A DNA stretch of 61,297 nt, filler included, from Stramenopiles sp. TOSAG23-3 (GCA_900128585.1; 18 parts of 18 records of this genome joined end to end with filler, not necessarily neighbours in it); one strand, 5' to 3'; counted from the whole stretch's first letter, positions 22,392-34,074 are shown. Notes: a model not told the origin generated them from the sequence alone. A program made the numbers and translations.

Positions 22392-23402
22392 ATGATTGGT
22401 GGTGACTCGGCCGAGCCTAGCAAGGGTCTGCTTATTTTGTTGGTCCTTGCCGCGTACTCCCTTGCGCCCTTGCCGGCGATTGTTCCGGCGCCGATTTTGT
22501 CGGTTGTTGTTGCTGGTGCTGTCATTTACTCGGCGTCTGCGAATGTGGCTGTCTCCGTTTCGGAAGGTAAAACCACCCTGTTCGAGGGCAATTTTGGCGT
22601 CTGCTTGCTCCCGGTGGCGGCAGTGTTGGTGGTCCTTGGGATATACGGTTACTTGTCCGTCTTTGGGAAAAGCAGCTTTACGGAGGTGGCGACTGGGTAC
22701 ATCCTGGTGGCCGGGGCTTACGCCATCTTTTCCACGTTTCGGCCGCTGTTTCGTCAGTCGTGGCTCGGAGACATCGTTACGGTGGCGCTTGTGGCCGGAT
22801 TAGGGTTTTCCCTGTACCTCCGAGCCTGCGGGACCGTGCTTTTCGGCATTGTGTTCTCCTACCAAGGAATAACTCAGCTCCCCGTCTCCAGCTTTCGGAC
22901 CTCGTTTATCATCTTCTTTTCCATGTTCCTGGTCGAATGCGTGGAAAAGAGTGGGTTTGAGGTAGACAACTTTGGGACGGTTATATTCCAGGGCACCATG
23001 CTCGAAAACATGGTCCTGTTCGGGAAATCGGTCAACTTGCACGACCGCGACACTTTGAACCTTGGGCTGAAGGATGTCGTGCTCCCTGGCCTGTTCGTGT
23101 CGCTGATGCTTCGCTACGACATGTACAACGCCGACTCGAAACGGACCATTGGGGCGTCAAAAAGGAGGCCGGGAGAGTTGCCCTCGGCCCCGTTCTTTTG
23201 GGTGTCGTTCGTCACGCTGCTGCTTGGGTTTGGAATGCACGGGGTCATGTCGCACTTTGAGGACTCGCCCATGCCCACCTTTTTGTTTAGTTTCCCTGCG
23301 TGCGTAGGGTGCACGCTCTCGTTTGCGATGGCCAAGCAGCAGTTCTCCTCTTTGCTGGGCTATTCGGACGCCGAAGAGGCGGCCCGATCGAAAGACCACT
23401 AG
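22392..23402 (+). CDS. Signal peptide peptidase (A22B)-like protein with degenerate catalytic motifs
   Basis: LGLKDVVLPGLFVSLMLRYD aligns to SPP LGLGDIVIPG..LLRFD. Multi-TM. The YD and QPALLY motifs are altered. Confidence 0.8.
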   Translation: MIGGDSAEPSKGLLILLVLAAYSLAPLPAIVPAPILSVVVAGAVIYSASANVAVSVSEGKTTLFEGNFGVCLLPVAAVLVVLGIYGYLSVFGKSSFTEVATGYILVAGAYAIFSTFRPLFRQSWLGDIVTVALVAGLGFSLYLRACGTVLFGIVFSYQGITQLPVSSFRTSFIIFFSMFLVECVEKSGFEVDNFGTVIFQGTMLENMVLFGKSVNLHDRDTLNLGLKDVVLPGLFVSLMLRYDMYNADSKRTIGASKRRPGELPSAPFFWVSFVTLLLGFGMHGVMSHFEDSPMPTFLFSFPACVGCTLSFAMAKQQFSSLLGYSDAEEAARSKDH

Positions 23403-23939
23403 GCATTGTGCGTTTGTGCGTCGGTACTGCTCCGAAATGTTAAGGTGTACCTTTTTTGTAAAAGTTGAAAACTGAAAACGGGTCAGTGCTGTGTCTGCAA
23501 GCCGTTAACACTCTTTTTCTAACATTACGTAAATTAAAAGAAGTTCAAACGTTTCAGGATGATAAAAAATATATTACCGCATTTTGCAGACGTAAATTAT
23601 GAGAAACAGAATTATATTTTAATGATATCTCAATACTGACCAAGTTAACGAAGCGTATCCTATCGCACCCCTCTCGCGCTTCGTATTTAGTAATACTATA
23701 TAATTAGTGTTTTTTAGTAATATTTTTAGGCGCGCCCTGTGCTTATATTGAATTATATTTGATGTTGGGAACGCTGTAGTTCGGCAAGGTAGAACACTTT
23801 CCAGTGCGAGCTTTCGCAACTATCCCCCCCCCCCCCCCCNNNNNNNNNNNNNNNNNNNNNNNNNNNNNNNNNNNNNNNNNNNNTTAATTAATTAANNNNN
23901 NNNNNNNNNNNNNNNNNNNNNNNNNNNNNNNNNNNNNNN

Positions 23940-26900
23940 TAGTCATGGGATTGTCATCTGTGAGTTGAGATGTCGGGGGAGGGTCGTTTGTGTCATTTTC
24001 GATCAGCGGTGCGGTAGAATAAAGCATACCATATTATTTGTTTTTTAATAATATAGGCGTATTTTTCAAAAAATACAAATTATAGTATGCTTTAAGACTT
24101 TCATTTTAAATCAATTACTATTTCAGTTCCAACCCTCATATATTCTTAATTTTACATCCCTGATGAGTTCAGAATTTACGACATCTCCTCCCCTTTAATA
24201 ATATGCGTCAGGTAAGCATGGAATGATTTCAGAGAAAACGTAACAACGCGGAAGCGCTTGACATCTTGAGACACCTGAACCCTGCCCGCGATGGCGCGCC
24301 CAAAACAGCTCTGTTCGGGATGATTCTCAGCGGAGCCTCTTCAGAGGGGGGCCAAGCCCTCCTTGACCGCCTCGCGGAAATAAAGTTCTCCACCCCGATC
24401 ACCGGTGGTACCCTCAGTTACCTAGCAGCTACCCAGAGATGGGCGGACTGGCACATGCGAATCTTCCCCATGTGGTAGCCAAGACTATAGCATCAAGGTT
24501 CCGGATCTTCCATGCCTATGTCCCAACAGCCGTGCCAATGGACTATGCCAAGGAAGCAGCCAACAGCGCGCCCCTCGTTAGGTACTCCCAACCCAAGGCC
24601 TTGGATTTCTTGGACTCGGAGGTCGAGATAGAACCGCAAAGCTCGGAGCAATCCAATAACGCCCCGACCATAATAGTGTCACCCTCGGATAACGACACAG
24701 AGGTACAGTCCTCAATACAGTCTTCAGAATAAGGGGAACAGAGCATTGCCAGCAGGACGAGACTCCAATTGGCGCGCCAATGACCCCCCACCATTGCACT
24801 GCTTACCGAATCTTCACCATCGGAACATCACCCACAAACGCCGATTACACACACTGACTTAAGCGACCCTCCCCCGACACCTCAACTCACAAATGTCAAT
24901 TCCCTGCCTGGTTTACAAGACAGACAACGAGCACTTCTAAAACATTCACGCCGCTGCTTGGAAAACCACACAAGGAATATTTCATCTATGAATGAGATAT
25001 CGGATGAGGAAGTAGATTATGGGTCTTATGGCGTTAACGCGTTTTCACTCACCGATTCGGATTATGCATGGAATACATTTTAAAATGATAGTCAAGACTA
25101 AGTGACAAGGATATATTGATCACTAAAATCTCACCAGTAGAGTTCACTTCGCAGTACATTAATTTTAATTACTTAAATAACAGCCAATTTTGTTTTATCT
25201 TAAGTAATCACAAGACAGACAACGAGCACATTTAAAACAATCACACCGCTGCTTGGAAAACCGCACAAGGACTGATTCATTTACGAGTGAGACATCGGAA
25301 GAGATAGTTGATTACGGGTCATTTGCCATCTACGCAAATCCCCCTACCGATTCGGATAATGCATGGAGTAAGTACAAATGGGAATGATAGTCAAGGCTAA
25401 GTGACAAGGGTATATTGATTAGTAAAACCACAAGAGCAGAACTAAGTTCGCGCAGTACACGAAGGAACGTAAACCTGTAATGGACAAAAGGAGCAGATTC
25501 ATTTTCACGGTACATAGGGAAGATAAATTTTAATTACTTAAACAACAGCCAATTTTTTGTTTCTTTATGTAAGTAATTAAAAGCAAAAATTTGGCTCTTA
25601 ATTTAAGTAATTAAAATTTATCTTCTTCATGTGATAATCATTTTACACACAAGTTGACAAATTTTCCTATAATGTGTGCGAATATAAGTACTAAACCAGC
25701 AGTTTCAAGATACTAAAATAGCTCTACTACATGTACATAGATGCACTAAACGATAGAAATTGGTTGGTTTGAACTAAATATTTTGTAGGAAAAAGGAGTT
25801 TGCGCCGAAAAATCACAACACTACTTGGAAATTATCGTGATTTTGCGCCCAGAAAAGAGAAAAAATCCAGCCTGTGTGATGTAAAAATTATAAAGTATAT
25901 AATATTTTGTGAAACTTCGTGCCTTCCTCACATCTAATTAGAAATGACTAAGATCGAAATATTACTCAAAAATATTATAAATTGATCGAGATAATAGTCT
26001 TTGGCATCCGGAAATTTCTTGCTGACTTGCACCTTAGCTATTTCAGTTTATCTAAATTATATGATATGCATAAGTACATGTTTCCAATTTGATGTTATAC
26101 CATTCAATTTTAAACCTTTAATGGGCAAAACGAGCAGATTCGCTTTCGCTGTATTATGAAGAAGAGGAATCAAAAACAAAAAAATTGGCTGTTATGTTAC
26201 TAATTACTGGTAAAAGGCAAGATAAATTAAATTAAAAACAAAAAATTGGCTGTTATTTAAGTATCATAATTAGAATTTATCTCCTTACTTAAAATTTAAA
26301 AACAAAAAATTGGCTGCTTTTTTTAGTGATTAAAATTTATCTTCTTCATATACTGCGAAGTTATCTCTGCTCCTCTGAGATTTTCCTTATCAATAATACC
26401 CTTGTCACTTAGTCATGATTATCATTCTCATGTGTACCCCATGCATGATCCGGATTGGTGTGTGGAATTGCGTCGATGTCAAAAGACCTGTAGTCAACTT
26501 CCTCATCCTATGCCTCACTCGTAAATGAATCAGTCCTTGTGTGATTTTCCAAGCAAGCGGCGTGAACTTAAAATTAACAGCCTCCCTTTTGTTTTTAAAT
26601 TTAAAAAAAACAAATTATATAGTATGAGTTAAGACTCTCATTTTAAATCAATTACAATTTCAGTTCCAACCCTGATCCTATCTTGATGTTTTAATTTGAT
26701 TTTTTAATTTGATTTGATACCCTAATTTCGTTTCGTTGATTGTCAATCACCGAGGAATTATAGTACTGATACAAAGTGAGAGTCTTAAAGCATACTAAGA
26801 GTGTAATTAAAAAAACAAATATATAGTGTGCTGTCTCAAACAATTTTATGATTAGTTTGAATGATGAATACCAGGAGTCTTATTCTGGAACAAGGAGGAG

Positions 26901-27251
26901 TTTGGGTTCTTGAACGGTATTACCTTCTTTTTTCTTTTTTGACTTATTAAAACATACTATATAATTTGTTTTTATAGTGTATATATACGATTTTCGGAAA
27001 TAAAGGGAAGATTGATTCTCCAAGTGACTCTGATGAGTTCGGCGAAGAAGTGATCTACTCACATGAGTCTCCAGAGACGGCTGAATTTATCACGGACTTG
27101 GACTGGGATTTGGATCGAGTTGTTGCGTACAGATCACCTTTAACAAGAAAAAAAATATTAACACTTGGTGGAAATTCTTCTCATTGGAATATAAATAATT
27201 CCTCAGTGATTGACAATCAACGAAACGAAATTAAAAAATCAAATTAAAACA
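23940..27251. repeat. Contig made largely of direct and inverted fragments of repeat family 1
   Basis: Copies at 23940-24015(-), 24860-25195(+), 25210-25563(+), 25580-25632(-), 26120-26165(+), three tail copies in 26170-26335(-), and 26335-26567(-). Motif B occurs at about 24020(-), 24070(+), 26605(+), 26775(-), 26810(+) and 26950(-). Inverted pair 26690-26760 / 27197-27250. Confidence 0.85.
24230..25200 (+). pseudogene. Degenerate ORF plus 3' tail forming the longest copy of repeat family 1
   Basis: Coding-like sequence runs from about 24230 through a frameshift near 24470 and in-frame stops at 24730 and 24781, continuing as ..DPPPTPQLTN..LQDRQRALLKHSRRCLEN..SDEEVDYGS..TDSDYAW. It ends in the ACTTAAATAACAGCCAATTTTGTTTT tail. 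Confidence 0.65.
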
Positions 27252-27351
27252 NNNNNNNNNNNNNNNNNNNNNNNNNNNNNNNNNNNNNNNNNNNNTTAAT
27301 TAATTAANNNNNNNNNNNNNNNNNNNNNNNNNNNNNNNNNNNNNNNNNNNN

Positions 27352-27514
27352 CTGCCGACACTGCGCCAGTAAAGACGACCAAGAGAGCAAGCAGGATGGC
27401 CTCTTGACCCCACAGAATTCTACATTTTTGAAAGGGCAATAGTCTGTCGCGGATTTCCGGTTTAACCGCCGCGCTTTCCGTTCCCCCCGGCGAGCCCTTC
27501 CCTTCCAGTTCCAT
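27352..27514 (-). CDS. 5' end of an unknown membrane/secreted protein, cut by the contig edge
   Basis: MELEGKGSPGG...AILLALLVVFTGAVSA runs open into the spacer. Confidence 0.5.
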
Positions 27515-28569
27515 GCTTGCCGTGCCTCTTTCGGCAGACGTTTTCGAATGCAACCGTTGTAAAAATGCCTTGATCGTCCCAGAACTCTTCTAGCAGCAGA
27601 GCAGAAATCAATCTCAGTATTGACGTTGTATTTACTGTATACAAACCTTGGCTTATAAACTGCTCAGAATATAATAATAATAAAACAACAAATATTCCAC
27701 ACAATCATCAATCATCACCATCCTCCATCCTCCATTCACCCTCTCCTCTCCTCTCTCCTGTTATTATTAATAGCTAAGCAATTATTATAGTCTTCTATAT
27801 TCTCAATACTAAGCTACCGAATCTAATTAGCTGAAGGCTCTAGAACCTTTCCTTTTCAGAGCCTTTAAGCTAGTTAGATTAGGTACCTGGTACGGTACCT
27901 TAATGCCCATGCCATGCCATGCCATGCCTAACCCTGACCAAGAAAGTGGAGGCATCATTTTCAAATGAGAGCTATAATGCTAGTAGTTTTTATAATTTAA
28001 AATGAGGAAACATTTTAGTTGTTTAACTGTTCTGGAGTTTCGTGGGGGGGGGGGAGGACGGAAGGAAGACTGAGTAAATTGCCTAGACTAGCGGGAAGAC
28101 TATAATAGTCTCTATCAATATATATGTACAAATTCAGCAATCTACACTTTGGTAGACCTACATTAAGGATAAAGGCTTAAGGCTTAAGGCTTAAGCTTAA
28201 ACTTAAACTTAAACAGACACTTTTATTTGATTGTTATTAGATTATGTATGTTAGCTATGGGCTTAAAGTTAAAAACAATACGCTGTACGATTAAATCATC
28301 CCTTAAAAAAGAAGAAGGCCAAGAGGCGGTGCGGTGATGGGCACGGAGCGAGGTAAAGAAGGAGGGCGTGTTGCATGTTGCATACTTCTGTAACTATTTG
28401 ACCAACCAGTTTTCGTGCACGCGGGACGATGCAACAGAGAAACGAAAAGCGCAGTAACTCTCATCTGTAAGGATTCAATAAGTTCATCGTGAAACTATTG
28501 TCTCTTGGAGCAACAATTGTATTAGTGCACTGACTATTCGCGCTTATCCCACAGTTGCTTCGTTGTACT

Positions 28570-30663
28570 ATGGGTTGGTACCGCTCGGTTCTTCTGGTTG
28601 CGCTATGTGCGGTGTTTCTATCCGTGGGCGTGCTTGGGACTTTGCAGGAGGAAATCGCTTCCCGTGCCGGCGCAGAACGGCGGGGTGAGAAAGTGGAAAC
28701 GCCGTCTAATATGGGGCGCATTATGAGTCTTAAAAAGGCCGGGAAAGTACAACTCGCTATGCGTCTTAAGAAAAGTCAAAAAGAGGCGGTAGTGAAAAGC
28801 CTGACGAAGTATAAGTATACGGAACTGTTGGCGGAGGGGGCGTACATAGTGACGGAAATTCGTCGAATGCAGAGCCTGTCAAAAGAGCTAGGCGGTGGTG
28901 CGGATGCCATTTTATTTGTTGACGTATCGAACAAGGTTAACGACAACGCACACCGGTTGACGGGAGGAAACAATGGAAGCTCGCCAACACGCCCGGACGA
29001 GGACGATCAGGCTGTCGTAGGCAGCGGTGGCAAATCATGGAACGTTACGGGCGAGGACGACGAGGATGACGAGGACGACCAGCAAAAATCTGTGAACGTT
29101 ACAGACGATGGTGAGGATGAAGAATACGAGCCGGAAAGCCTCGGTTACAAAGCCACGAATGTTACAGCCGACGGCAACAATGATGACGAGAATGACGACG
29201 AGAGTGATGACGACGACGAGACAGAAGCGCTAAACACAACATCGTTGGATTCAGTGACTGGTGCGGCTTTAAAAGGTATCCGTGATGCAACCTCGCGAGC
29301 AATGCCCGGAATTGTAACCAACGCCAATAGTACGAAACCAGAGAGCAAAATGCATCGATTCATTGCAACCCGTACATATTTGAAAGTGCAGAGGGGACGC
29401 GGAAGACGGAGACGGAGAAAGGCAAAACGAGCGCGGAGAAAGGCAAAACGAGCGCAGAGAGCGGCGCAGAGAAAGGCAAGAAGAGCGGCGCAGAGAAAGG
29501 CAAGAAGAGCGGCGCGGCGAGTAAAGCGGGCGCAGAGAAATGCAAGAAGAGCGGCGCGACGAGTAAAGCGGGCGCGGAGAAAGGCCAAAACCCAATCTAA
29601 ACAATTGAAACGAGCACAGAGAAAGGCAATAAAAGCGGCACGACAAGTAAAGCGGGTACAGAGATCCAAAACCCTATCTAAACAATTGAAACGAGCACAG
29701 AGAAAGGCAATAAAAGCGGCACGACAAGTAAATCGGGCGCAGAGAAAGGCAAACAAAGCGACGCGACGAGTAAATCGGGCGCAGAGAAAGGCAACAAAAG
29801 CGGCAATGAGAGCCAATAACGATGCAGGCAGGGGCAAGAGAACATGGTTCGGGAAGGGCAAAGGAAAGACGAAGGACCGCAGAACAGGCGGAGTTAAGGA
29901 CCGTTTATCGGAGAGGGTATCAAGTATACAAAAAAGACTGGCTGCGAGCAAGAAGCGAGGAAACAAGAAAAGCACCGCTAGGCTCAGATGGCGCCTGAGG
30001 ATAATGCAGCGCAACCAAATCGATTTAACGAATATCGAGAAACTGAAAATCAGACGGAAAGACAGCAAAGAGAAGGGGGATAAAAAAACAGCCACGAGGT
30101 GCGGGACGATGATAAAGCAGCTAAACGTTCACAAGACAAGTAGGACCATCCTGTTGATGGAACAGAGAATGAAGGCATTGGAACGAAAAGGTGATACGCG
30201 AGCAGCTTTGTTGTGGAAGTCCCGGATCGACAAGGCCAAAAAGCGACTTGAAAAGAGAAAGGAACGACTTGAAACCGCCAAGAGAAAGGAGCTTGGTACC
30301 GCCAACGAAGAAGAAGAGCAGAGTGGCGATGACAACGAGGATACCGCCGATGATGATGCTCTAGCCAGCGATGAAGCGGCAGCCATCAAAGACGAAGAGA
30401 GTTTCGGTGGCAGCGACGACGGGCTGGGGTTGGGCAGCGGCGACGGGCTGGGGTTGGGCAGCGGCGACGAGTTGGGCCTTGGAAGTGGCGACGGGTTGGG
30501 GTTGGGCAGCGGCGACGAGCTGGGCCTTGGAAGTGGCGACGGGTTGGGGTTGGACAGCGGCGACGGGCTGGGCCTTGGAAGTGGCGACGGGTTGGGGTTG
30601 GGCAGCGGCGACGGGCTGGGTCTTGGAAGTGACGACGAGCTGGGGTTGGGCAGCGGCGACGAG
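28570..30663 (+). CDS. Secreted low-complexity protein with acidic, Arg/Lys/Ala-repeat and (GLGLGSGD)n blocks, 3'-partial
   Basis: Signal peptide, D/E tract at about 29000-29220, RAQRKA-type repeats at about 29390-29810, and 24-bp tandem repeats from 30421 to the edge. Confidence 0.85.
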
Positions 30664-31044
30664 NNNNNNNNNNNNNNNNNNNNNNNNNNNNNNNNNNNNN
30701 NNNNNNNTTAATTAATTAANNNNNNNNNNNNNNNNNNNNNNNNNNNNNNNNNNNNNNNNNNNNAGCGGTCCAACATTTCAGTTACTGCGGGGAGATACGC
30801 TCGTTCAACAGGGATTACTTTCTCAAAACGCTTTAAAGTTTCCGGCCTAAGATCTGTTGGGTGGAGGCATATCGGATCAAGCACTAACAGACGGGGAATG
30901 CCGTCAATCGTGAAATTACGGGTGTCAGTCATAAGGCCAAGCAATGCTAGCGGTGGTGCTAGGTACAGGTAATACCTCGGGTAGTTATCATGATTCCTCT
31001 AAAAAGAAAGAAGGATCCTATAATAAGCGTGTGGTTGTTCATTC

Positions 31045-34000
31045 TTAACTTTTCGTTATTGTGAAAAACTTCAAAGCAAACTTTGTTAGACGATCAACTT
31101 CTTCCTTGTCCTTCATAACGAAATGCAGCAGGTTTTCCAGCAAACCTCGGAATATCTTGCTTGTTGCCGTGTTACAGCCTTTGCGAACATCTCTGAGCAG
31201 TATATATTCGAATCCTTCAACATCATTGCTTCCCAATATGTCATGCTCAAACAAAACTTCTATGATGGGACGAATATTCTTCACCAAAAATTTTTGAACA
31301 TCATGCTTTAAAAAATGTCCATATTGCTTTAGTGGATTGTCCCCCGGGTCAACATTGCACAAATTAAAATATTTCCAAAATATTGGTAGAAACCGGATGA
31401 CAATCCCTCTCCCTATGGGATGCAGTAGTATCTCGAACTTTTTTTGTTCAGTTTGGGGTATAACATCCTTTTCCTCTTTGCCTAGTAAATTTGCATCTCG
31501 AATATATCCCCTAGTCAATGGCCAAAACGCCTCAATACTATGCCTCACCTTCTTACTATGCCATTTATATTTCCACCTATATCTTCCTTTCTGTTCAAAA
31601 AGGTTGTAAAGAGGTTCATCATATTTCAGTAGATACCGTTTCGGATGATATTCTTTCAATTCGATTTTCTTACCGTCGTCTAAAGTCAGAGTATCTCTAT
31701 AGTAATCATCCAAACGATGTTCCCTATAATTTTTATCCAGGTTGTTACAGCGAATATACTTTCGGATGATTGCATATAATTCCTCGTAGGACATACCCCT
31801 GTCAACATCAAATTTATCTTTTGTGTGTTTCTCAAGGAAGTTTTGTAATTCTTTCTTCATAGGTCGCAAAGCATGGTCCCCAAAATGTTCGGGCGATAAG
31901 GAAGTGTAGAATCGTTCATTCCACGGTACAAACAGTTTTCTTGTAGTGTTGGTGTTCTGTGGCGTCTCAAAGTCACGAAATGTGACATTGGCTATTTCGG
32001 CCAGCTTTAGGAACTTTTCCGCTATGATCATCTTTATTAACGGAAGGCCAAAAGCATGTGCACCCCAACGTAGGGTACCGTACCTCCAGCATTTCTCATT
32101 TTTTGGAGAAAATGGCTTGACAACTTTCTCATTTTTGTTTGCCATACATGTACCGTCCTCTTTCAAAATCTGAATAAGGCGTTCATTATAAGGATTTTCT
32201 TTGCCATTTAAAACCTTGGAAATTGCATTAGACCCCTTCAACTTCTTAAACGCACTTACATATTTATCTTTGGAGGATTTTACTGCTATTATTGGCAGTT
32301 TTCTGAATCCAACAGGCAATATAAACTTTATAGTAAATTCATGGCCTTTTTCGATACCAAAATATTCATTATCAATAGTTTTCACGGTCATACTGCGAGA
32401 GCAATAAAATTGTCCACATGTTGCCTTGCTCAACCAATCTTCTTTGCTTTGTTTTCCCTCAAAAATTTGGCGATCGTGAAATTCCAAGAAAAAGTATTCA
32501 TCGCTGTTCTCAAAAAGCGAAAAAAGACTTTGTCTCGCCGCTTCAAAATCATCATGAAGTAGGCTTACAATTGTTGGCTTTTTATCTTTCTTTTCATACT
32601 TTTGTTGAAGGTAAAAAACACTAGCAGCAATACCAGTATTGTCTGTGTAACCACCATCGATCAGCACAACCTTATCGTTTGGGCTATCAGCTTCGTCTGT
32701 GGCTTCACCTAGGTGCGGGTTTGGAAAGTGAAAACTGTATTCTTTTGGATTTTCAAATATTCTCCTCTTCGCCTCAATAAACGCCTTATTTACAAAATTC
32801 TCCGCAAGATCGTGCATGACCCTATCTATCTCGTAGGTTTCCTCTTCTGTGCATCTTGTACATGTGAACATACCCTTTGAACTATCGTTGGAAAAGAAAG
32901 TGACGTTACGAAACATTTTACGCGATGTCGCCATACCAGCAAAAGCACTAGAAGCGGAGCTCATTGCACTAGGATCGTTTTTCCAGACGTTCAAATAGTG
33001 CTTTTTTACCATTTCCACGATATCTTTGCTTCCATTTTTACTGCTGATTTCCTTGACTTCGTCTTCTACGAATTTACGAACGTTGCATTTTCCCTTTTCC
33101 TTGGGTTCATCTAGTTTTAACCGTCTTTTCGAAATGGTGCAATCCTTATGTTTGTCAAAAAACGGTATTTCAACATCTACTTTGCTCTGCTCACCGGCTG
33201 CCTGCAGTGTAACGTACACTGGAAGCGCGGACGGGATTTTCTCATCGTCGCAAGAAATGGTGTATTCGTACAGTTTTTTGCCTTCATATTTGCCTTCATA
33301 ATATGTAGCCGCCGCCGAGGTCGCCAATGATACCTGTTGCCTCCATGCTCCACTTCTTGCGTTGTCTCTTGCCCAATGTCCTTCTTCTCTATTCATTACT
33401 CGGTGTTTGACAAAATCGCTCCATAACCTCTTCTTTGGGCCTAAAACTTCCATCAGATGATCCAGTAGAAACTCAAAAATAATTTCAGAACCCCTACCTT
33501 CTTTCTGGGACATTCCCCAAGATGCGAATTGGAGAATTGCAGAAACAAACAATTGTTGCTGAAGTCTTGGTGATTCGTCCTTTTCTATGTCCTCTTTTAT
33601 CGCCTCAATCAATTCATCCAATTTCTTTGTTTTTGCTTCATGGCCACTCATTGAGTCGTGCAGTGCCTCAAGCCATTTCTCAAATGTTTCGTCTGCTGCA
33701 TCAACGTACCCTTCTTTCAAGAAAACCCGGTTCATAGCCCATGAAGATCCTGAGTTGGTGGCAATGAATTCGACATCTTCCAATAAACTATTCAACCCCT
33801 GTCCGTTCTTGTACCCCTCAATGAACGCCAGCAAACCTATGGTGGCCCTTGTGCCCCCCCCGGAGGATGCCAGGACAAACTTTGGGACGTTCTGCGGGAC
33901 CGCTTCCTCTGGCGAGATGTTTTCCTCCGCCAAGGTCTCTTGTTTGGGAGGCAACAGTGCATTTTGTTCTAACTTTGGGACTTTCTGCGGGACCACTTCC

Positions 34001-34074
34001 TCTGGCGGCGAGATCTTTTCCTCTGCCAAGGTCTCTTGTTTGGGGGGCAACAGTGCATTTTGTTCTGGTACCGT
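31045..34074 (-). CDS. cPLA2/lysophospholipase (patatin-fold) protein, 5'-partial
   Basis: SGGGTRA oxyanion loop, NSGSSW nucleophile elbow and LIDGGYTDN catalytic Asp motif. N-terminal repeats QNALLPPKQETLAEE. Confidence 0.8.
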   Translation of the reverse strand, partial: TVPEQNALLPPKQETLAEEKISPPEEVVPQKVPKLEQNALLPPKQETLAEENISPEEAVPQNVPKFVLASSGGGTRATIGLLAFIEGYKNGQGLNSLLEDVEFIATNSGSSWAMNRVFLKEGYVDAADETFEKWLEALHDSMSGHEAKTKKLDELIEAIKEDIEKDESPRLQQQLFVSAILQFASWGMSQKEGRGSEIIFEFLLDHLMEVLGPKKRLWSDFVKHRVMNREEGHWARDNARSGAWRQQVSLATSAAATYYEGKYEGKKLYEYTISCDDEKIPSALPVYVTLQAAGEQSKVDVEIPFFDKHKDCTISKRRLKLDEPKEKGKCNVRKFVEDEVKEISSKNGSKDIVEMVKKHYLNVWKNDPSAMSSASSAFAGMATSRKMFRNVTFFSNDSSKGMFTCTRCTEEETYEIDRVMHDLAENFVNKAFIEAKRRIFENPKEYSFHFPNPHLGEATDEADSPNDKVVLIDGGYTDNTGIAASVFYLQQKYEKKDKKPTIVSLLHDDFEAARQSLFSLFENSDEYFFLEFHDRQIFEGKQSKEDWLSKATCGQFYCSRSMTVKTIDNEYFGIEKGHEFTIKFILPVGFRKLPIIAVKSSKDKYVSAFKKLKGSNAISKVLNGKENPYNERLIQILKEDGTCMANKNEKVVKPFSPKNEKCWRYGTLRWGAHAFGLPLIKMIIAEKFLKLAEIANVTFRDFETPQNTNTTRKLFVPWNERFYTSLSPEHFGDHALRPMKKELQNFLEKHTKDKFDVDRGMSYEELYAIIRKYIRCNNLDKNYREHRLDDYYRDTLTLDDGKKIELKEYHPKRYLLKYDEPLYNLFEQKGRYRWKYKWHSKKVRHSIEAFWPLTRGYIRDANLLGKEEKDVIPQTEQKKFEILLHPIGRGIVIRFLPIFWKYFNLCNVDPGDNPLKQYGHFLKHDVQKFLVKNIRPIIEVLFEHDILGSNDVEGFEYILLRDVRKGCNTATSKIFRGLLENLLHFVMKDKEEVDRLTKFALKFFTITKS

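Noticed and set aside
28172-28213. (AAGGCTT)n/(AAACTT)n run resembling telomeric repeats
   Set aside because: It has only a few degenerate units and is internal to the contig, so it is a simple microsatellite.
30421-30663. 24-bp periodic repeats as a possible CRISPR array
   Set aside because: There are no unique spacers. The repeats are in-frame coding units with synonymous variation, and no cas genes are present.
30764-30998. Minus-strand open frame downstream of the lipase, possibly a further exon
   Set aside because: It can be joined only through weak donors, and no ACTAAC branch point is present, so it cannot be supported without transcripts.
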